DNA from: Eledone cirrhosa
Taxonomy: Eukaryota
Assembly (NCBI GenBank): GCA_964016885.1
Contig: OZ024758.1
Span: 24,924,001 to 24,988,000 of the forward strand
Direction: 5' to 3'
DNA length: 64,000 nucleotides
The position numbers and the translations under genes are program-made. A model generated the notes under the pieces. That model had not been told where the DNA came from and did no database searches. It saw only the letters and a list, made by a program, of their open reading frames with translations. Below, one piece after another: positions 11,356 to 27,574 of this stretch (the stretch's first letter is position 1; each line of letters begins with the position of its first letter).

Positions 11356-11490
11356 CCTACCACAACGATTCTGCTGGCACAGAGGTAAAAACCTGACTAC
11401 TAATTAGTATACCACCCACCCCTACACTCTTGACTTCTTCCTTACCCCCAAACCCAATCTACTATAATAGTCTCTTGCACCATAGGCAGT

Positions 11491-11530
11491 GGTTAGGGTT
11501 AGGGTTAGGGTTAGGGTTAGGGTTAGGGTT
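11491..11530 (+). repeat. Interstitial telomeric repeat, (TTAGGG) x ~6
   Basis: Perfect ggttagggttagggttaggg... run. Confidence 0.93.
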
Positions 11531-11980
11531 CTCAACGGACAGGAGCAGCGATACTTTTGGCACCGCCACCTTAATTAACAAACCAGAGTAAATTTTGCAC
11601 CCTATTCACACCTATATCCGGGTGACCGACCTTCACCCCTCCGCCTCAGCCTATCAGATTGCTCGGCCATTTCTTAAGCAAAGTTTCTCATATCACATCA
11701 ACCCCTTGTATAACATCCACTATCTCTCGATCCCTCTGGAATATACGATACGAGATGGAGAAATACTTCAGCCTTACGAACTTCTTACAAAGCAAGAAGT
11801 ATAAGTGGAATGTTATTTTTATGTTGAGTCATTACTCAGGTACAGATGTTACAGATACATATACTCTTGGCAGACATATATTCTTGGTAGATAGAGTAAT
11901 TGAAGAAGCAACAATAAGCGAAAAATAATTAAATTCAAGTGATAGGGGGTCATATTCACCATTCAACACCTTATACTTAA

Positions 11981-14404
11981 GAAATAGGATTGACGGACAA
12001 GTTATAGAAATAGGATTGACGGACAAGTTATAGAAATAGGATTGACGGACAAGTTATAGAAATAGGATTGACGGACAAGTTATAGAAATAAGATTGACGG
12101 ACAAGTTATAGAAATAGGATTGACGGACAAGTTATAGAAATAAGATTGACGGACAAGTTATAGAAATAGGATTGACGGACAAGTTATAGAAATAAGATTG
12201 ACGGACAAGTTATAGAAATAGGATTGACGGACAAGTTATAGAAATAGGATTGACGGACAAGTTATAGAAATAAGATTGACGGACAAGTTATAGAAATAGG
12301 ATTGACGGACAAGTTATAGAAATAGGATTGACGGACAAGTTATAGAAATAGGATTGACGGACAAGTTATAGAAATAGGATTGACGGACAAGTTATAGAAA
12401 TAGGATTGACGGACAAGTTATAGAAATAGGATTGACGGACAAGTTATAGAAATAGGATTGACGGACAAGTTATAGAAATAGGATTGACGGACAAGTTATA
12501 GAAATAGGATTGACGGACAAGTTATAGAAATAGGATTGACGGACAAGTTATAGAAATAAGATTGACGGACAAGTTATAGAAATAGGATTGACGGACAAGT
12601 TATAGAAATAGGATTGACGGACAAGTTATAGAAATAGGATTGACGGACAAGTTATAGAAATAGGATTGACGGACAAGTTATAGAAATAGGATTGACGGAC
12701 AAGTTATAGAAATGGGATTGACGGACAAGTTATAGAAATGGGATTGACGGACAAGTTATAGAAATAGGATTGACGGACAAGTTATAGAAATGGGATTGAC
12801 GGACAAGTTATAGAAATGGGATTGACGGACAAGTTATAGAAATGGGATTGACGGACAAGTTATAGAAATAGGATTGACGGACAAGTTATAGAAATAGGAT
12901 TGACGGACAAGTTATAGAAATAGGATTGACGGACAAGTTATAGAAATAGGATTGACGGACAAGTTATAGAAATAGGATTGACGGACAAGTTATAGAAATA
13001 GGATTGACGGACAAGTTATAGAAATAAGATTGACGGACAAGTTATAAAAATAGGATTGACGGACAAGTTATAGAAATAGGATTGACGGACAAGTTATAGA
13101 AATAGGATTGACGGACAAGTTATAGAAATAGGATTGACGGACAAGTTATAGAAATAAGATTGACGGACAAGTTATAGAAATAAGATTGACGGACAAGTTA
13201 TAGAAATAAGATTGACGGACAAGTTATAGAAATAGGATTGACGGACAAGTTATAGAAATAGGATTGACGGACAAGTTATAGAAATAGGATTGACGGACAA
13301 GTTATAGAAATAGGATTGACGGACAAGTTATAGAAATAGGATTGACGGACAAGTTATAGAAATAGGATTGACGGACAAGTTATAGAAATAGGATTGACGG
13401 ACAAGTTATAGAAATAGGATTGACGGACAAGTTATAGAAATAGGATTGACGGACAAGTTATAGAAATGGGATTGACGGACAAGTTATAGAAATGGGATTG
13501 ACGGACAAGTTATAGAAATGGGATTGACGGACAAGTTATAGAAATAGGATTGACGGACAAGTTATAGAAATAGGATTGACGGACAAGTTATAGAAATAGG
13601 ATTGACGGACAAGTTATAGAAATAGGATTGACGGACAAGTTATAGAAATAAGATTGACGGACAAGTTATAGAAATAAGATTGACGGACAAGTTATAGAAA
13701 TAAGATTGACGGACAAGTTATAGAAATAAGATTGACGGACAAGTTATAGAAATAGGATTGACGGACAAGTTATAGAAATAGGATTGACGGACAAGTTATA
13801 GAAATAGGATTGACGGACAAGTTATAGAAATAGGATTGACGGACAAGTTATAGAAATGGGATTGACGGACAAGTTATAGAAATGGGATTGACGGACAAGT
13901 TATAGAAATGGGATTGACGGACAAGTTATAGAAATGGGATTGACGGACAAGTTATAGAAATAGGATTGACGGACAAGTTATAGAAATAGGATTGACGGAC
14001 AAGTTATAGAAATAGGATTGACGGACAAGTTATAGAAATAGGATTGACGGACAAGTTATAGAAATAAGATTGACGGACAAGTTATAGAAATAAGATTGAC
14101 GGACAAGTTATAGAAATAGGATTGACGGACAAGTTATAGAAATAGGATTGACGGACAAGTTATAGAAATAGGATTGACGGACAAGTTATAGAAATAGGAT
14201 TGACGGACAAGTTATAGAAATAGGATTGACGGACAAGTTATAGAAATAGGATTGACGGACAAGTTATAGAAATAGGATTGACGGACAAGTTATAGAAATA
14301 GGATTGACGGACAAGTTATAGAAATAGGATTGACGGACAAGTTATAGAAATAGGATTGACGGACAAGTTATAGAAATAGGATTGACGGACAAGTTATAGA
14401 AATA
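11981..14404. repeat. 26-bp minisatellite GAAATAGGATTGACGGACAAGTTATA, about 93 copies
   Basis: Head-to-tail with no spacers; variation essentially limited to ATAGG/ATAAG/ATGGG. Confidence 0.97.
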
Positions 14405-14435
14405 ATTCCTTGAAGCCATTGTATAATATATCTGA

Positions 14436-14782
14436 GGTGGCGACTTGGCAGAGTCGTGAGAACGTCAGATAGAATACTCTGTTGTATCCGTTTCGGTTCT
14501 CTGCTCTCTGAGCTCAAACCCCCGCCGAGGTCAACTTTGCCTTTCATCCATACAAGGATGATAAAAAAATTAAAAAAAAAGTACCAGTCTAGTCTAGTAC
14601 TGGGGGGGGGGGGGGGTCGATTGTTCCTACTTCCATTTTGTTACTCTGTGTTTCCCAGGATGAAGTCTGCTGCATTCAGACCTAGGGATCTCATCTCCTC
14701 CTCAGGTCCGAGCAGGAAATGCCCTAAAAACGCCGTATGTCAATACATCGCCCTCTGCGACTCCCCATGAGGGAGTTACGGT
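14436..14782 (+). mobile_element. tRNA-derived SINE, family B (family A core with a different 3' region)
   Basis: Same layout as 23535-23865, 36355-36690, 50300-50770, 51712-52000 and 57322-57628. Confidence 0.85.
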
Positions 14783-14877
14783 ACTTGAAAGGAAAAAGGA
14801 TATACTTCTAAGGATATACCTCAAAATATACTTCAAAACTCATTGATAACGATATTGTAATCATAACTCTATTTCTG

Positions 14878-15092
14878 TTGGCAGTATCGGTAGAGGGTCG
14901 GACGCCATGCTTTGACGCATAGAGTTACGGCCCTTTATGATCTGAGTTCAAATCCCGCCGAGGCTAACTTTGCCTTTCATCCTTACGGGGTCGATAAAAT
15001 AAAGTACCAGTCACGCACTGGGGTCGATTTTATCGACTTTCCCCTCCCCCCCAAAAAAAAGAATTGCTGGCCTTGTGCCTACATAAGAAACC
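14878..15092 (+). mobile_element. tRNA-derived SINE, family A (long form)
   Basis: A/B boxes, core and gtcgatt..atcgac hairpin. Confidence 0.9.
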
Positions 15093-15354
15093 AGTATTAC
15101 ATGTAATACCATTAATTAGTTGTAATTGATGCTCGGTGAATTAAATATATGGACAATAATTTAACTAATTACTCAGAGACGTCTCTCAGTAATTCCCTGC
15201 CACATCTATGCCAAATACCATATTCCTGTATGTCGACATAGTAAAACTCACCATATATATTTAACCTCTTATTCTGACTAAACGACTTCAGGTCTGCTTA
15301 AGCAATGTCGACAGTCACATCAAAACAGTTCTTAACTTTTCTCACCAAATGCAG

Positions 15355-15665
15355 ACCCTTTAAAATAAGAACTACCATCAGTCCCTTTAAAATGAGAATC
15401 CTATCCTCGTACTCTATAAAACAAGAACTACCCTCAGCCCCTTTAAAACAAGAACTCTACCTTCAGCCCCTTTAAAACAAGAACTCTACCCTCAGACCCT
15501 TTAAAACAAGAACCCTACACCAGTCCCTTTAAAACAAGAACTCTACCCTCAGACCCTTTAAAACAAGAACCCTACACCAGCCCCTTTAAAACAAGAACTC
15601 TACCCTCAGACCCTTTAAAACAAGAACCCTACACCAGCCCCTTTAAAACAAGAACCCAACCCTCA
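15355..15665. repeat. Minisatellite of about 27 bp (ccctttaaaacaagaactctaccctcag)
   Basis: About 11 imperfect copies. Confidence 0.9.
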
Positions 15666-15799
15666 ACCTCCAAACATCACCTGAGCACATACCACATATT
15701 TACAATGATTTTCTTGATAACAACCTCTTACTCCTTGACAATACATTTTATTATTGCTCCTTTACATTTTGTCATAATCTCATCTATGGAATTTATATA

Positions 15800-16085
15800 C
15801 ACTCATATATATATGCATATATACTAATATGCATATATACTCATATACAAATACTAATATGCATATATACTCATATACATATACTAATATGCATATATAC
15901 TCATATACATATACTAATATGCATATATACTCATATACATATACTAATATGCATATATACTCATATACATATACTAATATGCATATATACTCATATACAT
16001 ATACTAATATGCATATATACTCATATACATATACTAATATGCATATATACTCATATACATATACTAATATGCATATATGTTCATA
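15800..16085. repeat. 30-bp minisatellite tcatatacatatactaatatgcatatatac
   Basis: About 9.5 copies. Confidence 0.93.
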
Positions 16086-16134
16086 TATATAAATATATAC
16101 GTAAGTATATATAGCTACATGCACACATACATGT

Positions 16135-19693
<3,559 letters not shown>

Positions 19694-20110
19694 TGGTGGC
19701 TGCCAACTCGTTTTCGAGTACGGCCACTACTTTACATCCATGTAGGATAACCCCTACCGAAGCGCTGAACGAGTGTGACTTTTTAGTCCAGCCAGCGACT
19801 TGAAACCTCTGGTACAAACACAACACCTGTGACAATCATTGACACATAGTGCTAGGCCCATGGTAGGACAATCATTGACACATAGTGCTGGGCCCATGTG
19901 AGGACAAGTGCAGAGAGATCTCCAGATATAAAGCAATGCCTGTGCCGTGAAGCTTTTATAGTGAGCAAAGGCACTGCACAAAGCCAGTCCCACTCTCTTA
20001 ACCAAGATGCTATTTACCAAAAAGAAGAACAAGTCAACATCATTGGATACCATCAGGGTTGCAGGTGTTATATCAGAGTTTTCCTTCTCCTAGAATTCTG
20101 CCTTGACTAA
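19694..20110 (-). mobile_element. Degenerate 3' end of an RTE (BovB-like) LINE
   Basis: The - strand translates to [19 protein letters not shown] (terminal C2H2-like finger), then a short 3' UTR with an actcg-aaaa-cgagt hairpin and a microsatellite tail. Confidence 0.6.
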
Positions 20111-20379
20111 GGCTAAATATATACATATACATATATATATACATATACATATATATATACATACATATATATATACATACATATATATATACATACATAC
20201 ATATATACATATATATATACATATATATATACATATATATATACATATATATATACATATATATATACATATATATATACATATATATATACATATACAT
20301 ATACATATATATATACATATACATATACATATATATATATTACAGGGATCGACGCGGGTCCTTTACTGTTGCTTCATTT

Positions 20380-20420
<41 letters not shown>

Positions 20421-20614
20421 GTAGGTCCCGGGTTGAGTCGGGGATAACCACAGTAAGTAAGGTACTCAATACATGGCAGAGTAAAATTTTTTTATTTTAT
20501 AGAAGGAACTTCTACAGGACTAATACTGTTTCATTCAGATGAAATCTTCAGGAAGCACCTGAAGATTTCATCTGAATGAAACAGTACTAGTCCTGTAGAA
20601 GTTCCTTCTATAAA

Positions 20615-20620
<6 letters not shown>
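20421..20620 (-). mobile_element. Foldback hammerhead element, family H1, with cores on both strands
   Basis: Arms of about 62 bp around a 5-nt spacer. The - strand reads gcttc-CTGAAGA-tttcatctgaat-GAAACAG-tattagtc-CTGTA-gaagt (20508-20556); + core at 20559-20597. Confidence 0.82.
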
Positions 20621-20669
<49 letters not shown>

Positions 20670-20944
20670 TTCATATCCATACCTATAAAACACACATATA
20701 CACACACTACGTTGAACATGTAAAGTTAATGTCTTCTCAGTAAACCCTCTCGTATCCACTTTGTTATTCTTGAAAACTAATTAGTCTCCTTTTCGTTTGA
20801 ATTAAGTCGTCAAGATATAAAAGGTGATAATATTTTTTTTTCTTTTTACCCTACTTCTGTACTTCTCTTTAAAATCTTATTCGAGGGCGTTAATAAAGAG
20901 TTTTACCCGAAACATTGAACCTACTGTTTTCAAAAGCCCAACCA

Positions 20945-21270
20945 AGTTTCTATAGGAAAACAATTGAGATTGCTACTAAACTTAAACTGGTTTGGAGTTA
21001 AGGTTTTAAAGTTCTCTGTGAGCAAACTATCGAGATTGTAACTAAACTTAAACTGGTTTGCAGTTAAAGTTTTAAAGTTCTCTGTGGGTAAACTATCGAG
21101 ATTGTTACTGAACTTACACTGGTTTGGAGTTGAGGTTTTAAAGTTCTCTATGGGTAAACTATCGAGATTGTTACTGAACTTAAACTGGTTTGGAGTTGAG
21201 GTTTTAAAGTTCTCTATGGGTAAACTTTCGAGATTGTTACTGAACTTAAACTGATTTGGAGTTGAGGTTT
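20945..21270. repeat. 63-bp minisatellite, about 5 copies
   Basis: Seen as a 21-aa period in ORF 20930-21295. Confidence 0.9.
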
Positions 21271-21651
21271 TCTTAAACATCGCCTTACCTATCATGTCAT
21301 GTTACTATATTTTTTAATATTTGTAGCTAGTTTTCACGAACTAATTGCATTTACACAAACTGGTTGATAAGATCGGAATTTTACTCATAACATTTTCAAA
21401 GTGAAATTTATTTTAATTACTTTCTACAGACAAGAACATGATATTTATCTAAAAAAATTAACTGAGACTTGTTCTGAGACTTAAATAGCTGTTACTGACT
21501 CATTGTTTTAACTAATCTGTTAATCAAGTGATGAAGAATACAGCCTGTAATCTGTGAGGTTTTCCTTGAGCTATCGTCAGAGTTATAGCAAAGTGCAAGC
21601 TCATGTTTAAGGGGGTTGAAGTACGATACTGTTTTCCTTATATGGAGAGAG

Positions 21652-21682
<31 letters not shown>

Positions 21683-21890
21683 GAGAGAAAGAGAGAGAAA
21701 TAGAGAAAGAGAGAGAGCGTGTGTCTCTCTCTCCGTGTCTGTCCGTGAGTATCTGTGTCAGAGTATATAGAGAGCAGAAGTCAGACGTAGGTAGATAAAC
21801 TACTGGTCACTGCCGAATCTCGATGCAACTATGCTTCGAAGGACACATTGAGTTCTAACAACGTTATCACCCCCACTAGAACCAGATGGA

Positions 21891-21924
<34 letters not shown>

Positions 21925-21928
<4 letters not shown>

Positions 21929-22420
21929 TACTTTGGGAGGGTCATGTTGTCAATAGGAAACACGCGCACCAGATGTTTCACTCCAATTTATTATAAATTA
22001 AATTTATAAATTTAAGAATTTATAAATTTCCGGTTGGTTGGTTGGTTGGTTCCACAACCGGACGGTTGTTCATATATTGTCAAAGTTCTTTCGTCACACA
22101 TTCTGTGACCTTTTCAGTGACTGGGCATTCTTCTCTTTGTTTTGTGCCTCTCCTTTGTTCTGTCCTACGCCATCTTGTTTTTTCAAAATGTGTGACGAAA
22201 GAAATTTGACAATATATAAACAACCGTCCGCTTGTGGAACCAACCAACCAACCGGAAATTTATAAATTCTTAAATTTATAAATTTAATTTATAATAAATT
22301 GGAGTGAAAGCAACTGGTGCGTGTGTTTCTTATTGGCAACATGACCCTCCCAAAGTATAACAATATCGGTTTCAACACACGTTTTCAGATAAAGAATCTT
22401 GCTAAACAAATTCAGAAACG

Positions 22421-22422
<2 letters not shown>
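21925..22422 (+). mobile_element. Foldback family H4 element
   Basis: About 21925-22102 is inverted against 22187-22362. The - strand hammerhead at 22079-22121 has the mutated core CTGAAAA. Confidence 0.8.
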
Positions 22423-22459
<37 letters not shown>

Positions 22460-22463
<4 letters not shown>

Positions 22464-22585
22464 AATGAGTAGGACCCCGACGGCTGAGCGGGGTCCTACT
22501 CGTTCCTATTACCCACTCTACTACCCTAAGTATTGAGCACTTTGGTGCGTTATGGTCCACCTGGTTCCTTACCACATTTCCTTCG

Positions 22586-22587
<2 letters not shown>
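22460..22587 (+). mobile_element. Short family H2 element
   Basis: ataggaatgagtaggacccc...ggggtcctactcgttcctat plus the H2 terminus, with (TA)n flanks. Confidence 0.78.
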
Positions 22588-22623
<36 letters not shown>

Positions 22624-23033
22624 GTATAGTATATTTGACAATATACTATATGCTTATATAAAAACATTTAGAAAACCTTTCGCTATGAGCTTTAACGTAG
22701 TGACTACGTCGCTTGGTCTCGATAAAAAGAAAGGGAAGTAATCAACGGCCGTTTCTCGCTCGTTATTAATGGTTATTACATATCCCTTCGCTTCTGCTGA
22801 TAGAAGCTGTTTTGGACACCCTGTATAGCTTTTATACTCATTATACAGGCTCTTATTTGGGCCAGGGCTAATTGGAGCATCCAAACTATAGCATAATAAT
22901 TTTGTGGTACAACTTCTCATTTGACATTTTATTGAGGAAAAAAATGCGACAGATTTTCTTTCAAGTAGCAACTAATTTCATCTCTAAATGAATCTGTTTA
23001 AAATTTCTATTTAAGATATTATTTCTGAAATAA

Positions 23034-23368
23034 TATTTCCTTCAAAAATTATATAATATTTCCTTCAAAAATTATATAATGTTTCCTTCAAAAATTATAT
23101 AATGTTTCCTTCAAAAATTATATAATGTTTCCTTCAAAAATTATATAATGTTTCCTTCAAAAATTATATAATGTTTCCTTCAAAAATTATATAATGTTTC
23201 CTTCAAAAATTATATAATGTTTCCTTCAAAAATTATATAATGTTTCCTTCAAAAATTATATAATGTTTCCTTCAAAAATTATATAATGTTTCCTTCAAAA
23301 ATTATATAATGTTTCCTTCAAAAATTATATAATGTTTCCTTCAAAAATTATATAATGTTTCCTTCAAA
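23034..23368. repeat. 23-bp minisatellite tttccttcaaaaattatataatg
   Basis: About 14.5 copies. Confidence 0.95.
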
Positions 23369-23534
23369 GATTTCCGACAATACTTAATTATTGAACGAGA
23401 AGCACGTTTAAGGAGAGTTTAAGTACGTTAAGAAATGAATTAAAATGAAATCTGGTAAATAAAAACCGGCCTGTTTATCATTGGATATATTATCACACCA
23501 CAACTTAGTCTCTTCATACGGAATATTTGCAGAA

Positions 23535-23865
23535 TGGTATGGTCCCATAACTCCTCATGTAGTCGTAGGGACGCCATAGTGGCATATGATGTTTCTAGGG
23601 CATCTTTTTTTTTTTTTTAAATCTGGTAAACCCCATCTCCTCTCCAGCTCTGAATACAGTAGATTTCTTCCAGGAAAGGATAGAGAATGAGAAAGAGAGA
23701 AAGGGGAAGAATCGACCCCAGTACTAGACTGGTACTTTTTTTTTATCGACCTCAAATAGATAAAAGGCAAAGTTGACCTTCATGGGATTTGAACTCAAAA
23801 AAACAGAGCCGAAACGAATACAGTAAGGCATTTTATCTGACGTTCTAACGACTGACAGTTCGTTG
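23535..23865 (-). mobile_element. SINE family B
   Basis: B-box and core on the - strand; ends in gggaccatacca. Confidence 0.85.
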
Positions 23866-24282
23866 TCTATTTTCAGTATAAGATGCCTGAAATAGTTTAA
23901 GAACATCGAATAAATTAAACTTTCTGCTCGTCTAACAGAAGTAATAAGTCATTCCCTTGAATTTTGGGTATCTACAGAAGTAGCAGTTGAGTAAAAGCCT
24001 ACATTAGATCTAAAGTGAGGGCTGAGAATCTGTGACCCCTACCATTACACCCTTAACACAAAGTTAATTACAGTAAAAGCAGAAGCTGTGTAATTTACTT
24101 CTTATATTTCTTGAAGTTGAAACAATCATTTTGTGATTGAAGGAAACAAAACTCTACAGGAATGTACCCAGCTGCAAAACTTAAGATAACACGAAATCTC
24201 TATCTCTGTTACTAGACTACTATGTTTCTTTATAATTAAGATATTTAGGGGTACGTGACTCAATCTGTATGGATGTATGTGA

Positions 24283-24595
24283 AGGCGCGTGGCTTTGTGG
24301 TCAGTGTATTCAACTCACAATCGTCAGGTCGTGAGTTCGATTCCCGTCCACGCGTTGTGTCCTTGAGCAAGACACTTTATTTCATGCTGCTCCAGTCCAC
24401 TCAGATAGCAAAAATGAGTTGTTCCCGTAGTTCGAAGGACCAGCCTTTTCACACACTGTGTCACACTGAATCTCCCTGAAAACTACGTAAAGGGTGTCTG
24501 TGGAATGCTCAGCCACTTGCACGTTAATTTCACGAGCAGGCCGTTCCGTTGATCAGATCAACTGGAACATTCGTTGTAACCGTTGGAGTGCCTCC
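24283..24595 (+). mobile_element. tRNA-derived SINE, family C
   Basis: A-box gtggctttgtggt, B-box gagttcgattccc, then ttgtgtccttgagcaagacacttt; partial copy at about 38176-38288. Confidence 0.85.
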
Positions 24596-24604
24596 ATGTA
24601 TGTA

Positions 24605-25075
24605 TATCAGATCGCTCTCGAGTGCTACTGGTAACATGTAACCCAGTACAACCTGTCTCATGGTTGGGTCGTCGGCTACTAAACCGACAACCTCACCAAT
24701 CTAGCCTGGTGAGGAGGGTGATGTTTGGACACCCTGCGGAATGAAATAAGACCCGGAAAAGGGCGGAGGAACTCAGCAGAGTCAACGACCATCCAAAAAT
24801 GTGTAACTATGTATACACATATATACATAGAAAAAAATCGGGCTGGATAACGATCGCGCGGTTAAACCACTGGGTGTGAAGGACCCTAGCCTTTGTCAAG
24901 GCATCTCAGGAAACTGGGATAACTCCGATATAAAACCTGCAGCTCAGTAGTTACCGATGATGTTAATCTTTTCTTCTTTTCGGGTTATAGCTACTGTCGC
25001 TCAGAGAGTGGGACTGGCTCAGTGCAGTCTTTCCTCACTTGAAAAAAAAACTTCACGCACAGTATTGCGCGATAA
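24605..25075 (+). mobile_element. GC-richer interspersed repeat resembling an RTE 5' UTR-derived non-autonomous element
   Basis: Composition shift and structured motifs (ctcacca..tggtgag, agggtg..caccct); assigned by resemblance only. Confidence 0.35.
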
Positions 25076-26154
25076 CATTAATTGATAATTATTTATAATG
25101 TTATATCGTGCAATAGCCATACTCGATAACGAGGGGAAAGCCATCATGTATTTATGTATATACTGTTAATTATATCAACTTTTAATTAAAGCACATTTCT
25201 TCCATTTGGTCTTTTTTTTTTCAATGTAATATCTGCTCTATGAGTCTACATAAACTCTTGTATTAAGGAATTCCTGCAATTAAAAATTGTATGTAGCCTT
25301 CTGAATAGTTTAGTGTAATAAATCTCATATTTTGAGCTGTAATAACTTCACCTACCTTTATCTGTATTTGAAAACCAACCAACCAACCGTCCGTCCACAC
25401 ACACAAGTGTTACTCTGTGAGTGTGTATGTCTATATAGTTTTATTTAAGTGATCCCATCACGTAGTCCTTCCTGGCACCAACCTCAAGCTAAAATGTCCA
25501 TACTGACACGAAACTTGGCACCAGATAATAATTCTAACCTTGTCATCTACGTGTATTACACTCTGGCTTATTGACCAACTTACATTGTCATAATTGTGTA
25601 GTGACCTACATTCTGATGACTTTTGAATACATTCTTAATTTGTTTTTTATTTCATTTCTTATGACATGTCTTCACAGCTAACTCAACTTCTCATCTTTGT
25701 AAATAAATTATATATAAAAAAAAAACATCGTAATGCCTTATGATGATATTTGCCACAAATTCCCTTGGACTGCTTCAGTTACTTCTCTGTGATACAATAC
25801 CCAAACAATACATACAGTATATCATCTATCACCTACTTCTAAAAGTGCTATATAGCATGACAATCACCATGTTCGTATGTTCAGCTATTGCTATAATATT
25901 CCCAGTCTGCCACCAATCTCAACAACGGTGTATAAGCCAGGTCACGAGTTTACGTTTAAAACAATAACTACCACCATAAATTATCGAGATTTATTCTAGC
26001 TGTAACCATTGCCAGATTTACCATTGTGCTTGGCTCTGTGCTTAAGCACAGAGCCCCGTTGGCCGGGGGGGGGGGGCGTGAGGGCATCTTCCTGCGAAAA
26101 AAAGATTTTTTTACGATGAATTTTTTTACAAGCAAGGGGCCTCATAGCTTAATT

Positions 26155-26553
26155 AGCACAGGGCTTCATAACTTAACTAACACAGGGCTTCATAACTTAA
26201 CTAACACAGGGCTTCATAACTTAACTAACACAGGGCTTCATAACTTAACTAACACAGGGCTTCATAACTTAACTAACACAGGGTTTCATAACTTAACTAA
26301 CACAGGGTTTCATAACTTAACTAACACAGGACCTCATAACTTAACTAACACAGGACCTCATAACTTAACTAACACAGGACCTCATAACTTAACTAGCACA
26401 GGACCTCATAACTTAACTAGCACAGGACCTCATAACTTAACTAGCACAAGACCTCATAACTTAACTAGCACAAGACCTCATAACTTAACTAGCACAGGAC
26501 CTCATAACTTAACTAGCACAGGACCTCATAACTTAACTAGCACAGGGCTTCAT
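26155..26553. repeat. 24-bp minisatellite cacagggcttcataacttaactaa
   Basis: About 16.5 copies with variants in ordered blocks. Confidence 0.95.
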
Positions 26554-27574
26554 TTGTCCTAAATCCGGCACTGGTTGTAGTTAAAACAAATTACTAAACT
26601 TTGTTATTTGCTGTTGTTTAGCCCGACATCAGCCTTGATCAAGATATGGGGAAATACATTCCAACCGTAGCAATACCACCTTATTTCCGGGTATTGTGTA
26701 TGCAGGGTCACACTATCCAGCATGTCCTTCATTTTTTTTAAGATGGCAGGGTGAAGTTTGAGGGATATATGGCTGCTATTTTTTGCATGTAGGAAAAACC
26801 ACAAGTATGAGTATGAAATATTTTCAACAACTAAAACAAAAGGCATGATAAATGCTGAAAGAGGAGAGAGTAAACGTGAAAGTCTGGAAAACCGAAGATT
26901 ACATTAGCTTAAATTATTAAAAGAAAGGTATATATGAATAGAAAAAATAGCCTTTACTTTGAACATCGAATATCATGTTTGTAGATTAAGGAAGTTGCCA
27001 CAAGTAAAGTTGTTAATGAGAGGCATTTGAGAGAAGGAGCAGACGCAATCCCAAGTGACAGCTAACATTTCAAATCGCTTTGTTCGGCTTTGTAGATGAG
27101 AAATAAAGTGATGGAAAACATCGGTGTCTCATAAATGGATGTGTAGTGGATGTGTACTGGATGAGTCATGAAATAGAAAGGATTTCTTATATCTGTTCTT
27201 ACTTATACATGAACTGAAAAGGTATATCCATTTCTATTGGTCTTCAATATTTGACATCTGGCTTGACTTCAACACAAGTATGTTTATCATTTACAGGGGT
27301 TAGCTTTCTATCCTTTTATATTAGTAGTTGCTCTTTTATTTTGGAGAGGTTTTTTCCGTTCCAAAAAAAAAATGAAGACTAAGTCTTTTTAATGGCTTAT
27401 TGCACTGAATTTACTGGAATATACTAGAAGTTGAATCACAGAACTGAACCACTGAGCCGTGTTAATTTTCTTCTGATTAAAATCTTTAATTACTCTGTCA
27501 AATATTTCGCAACTGTAAGAATTTACGACACCTTTTCTTATATAATTAATTCTTCGAACTAAGAAACTAGTGCA

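Noticed and set aside
11981-14404. CRISPR-like array or tandem bacterial promoter (TTGAC/TATA)
   Set aside because: No spacers, no cas genes and a eukaryotic context; it is a plain minisatellite.
20930-26562. Repeat-protein-like ORFs (20930-21295 and 26026-26562)
   Set aside because: 63-bp and 24-bp minisatellites whose unit lengths are multiples of 3; no splice or domain evidence.
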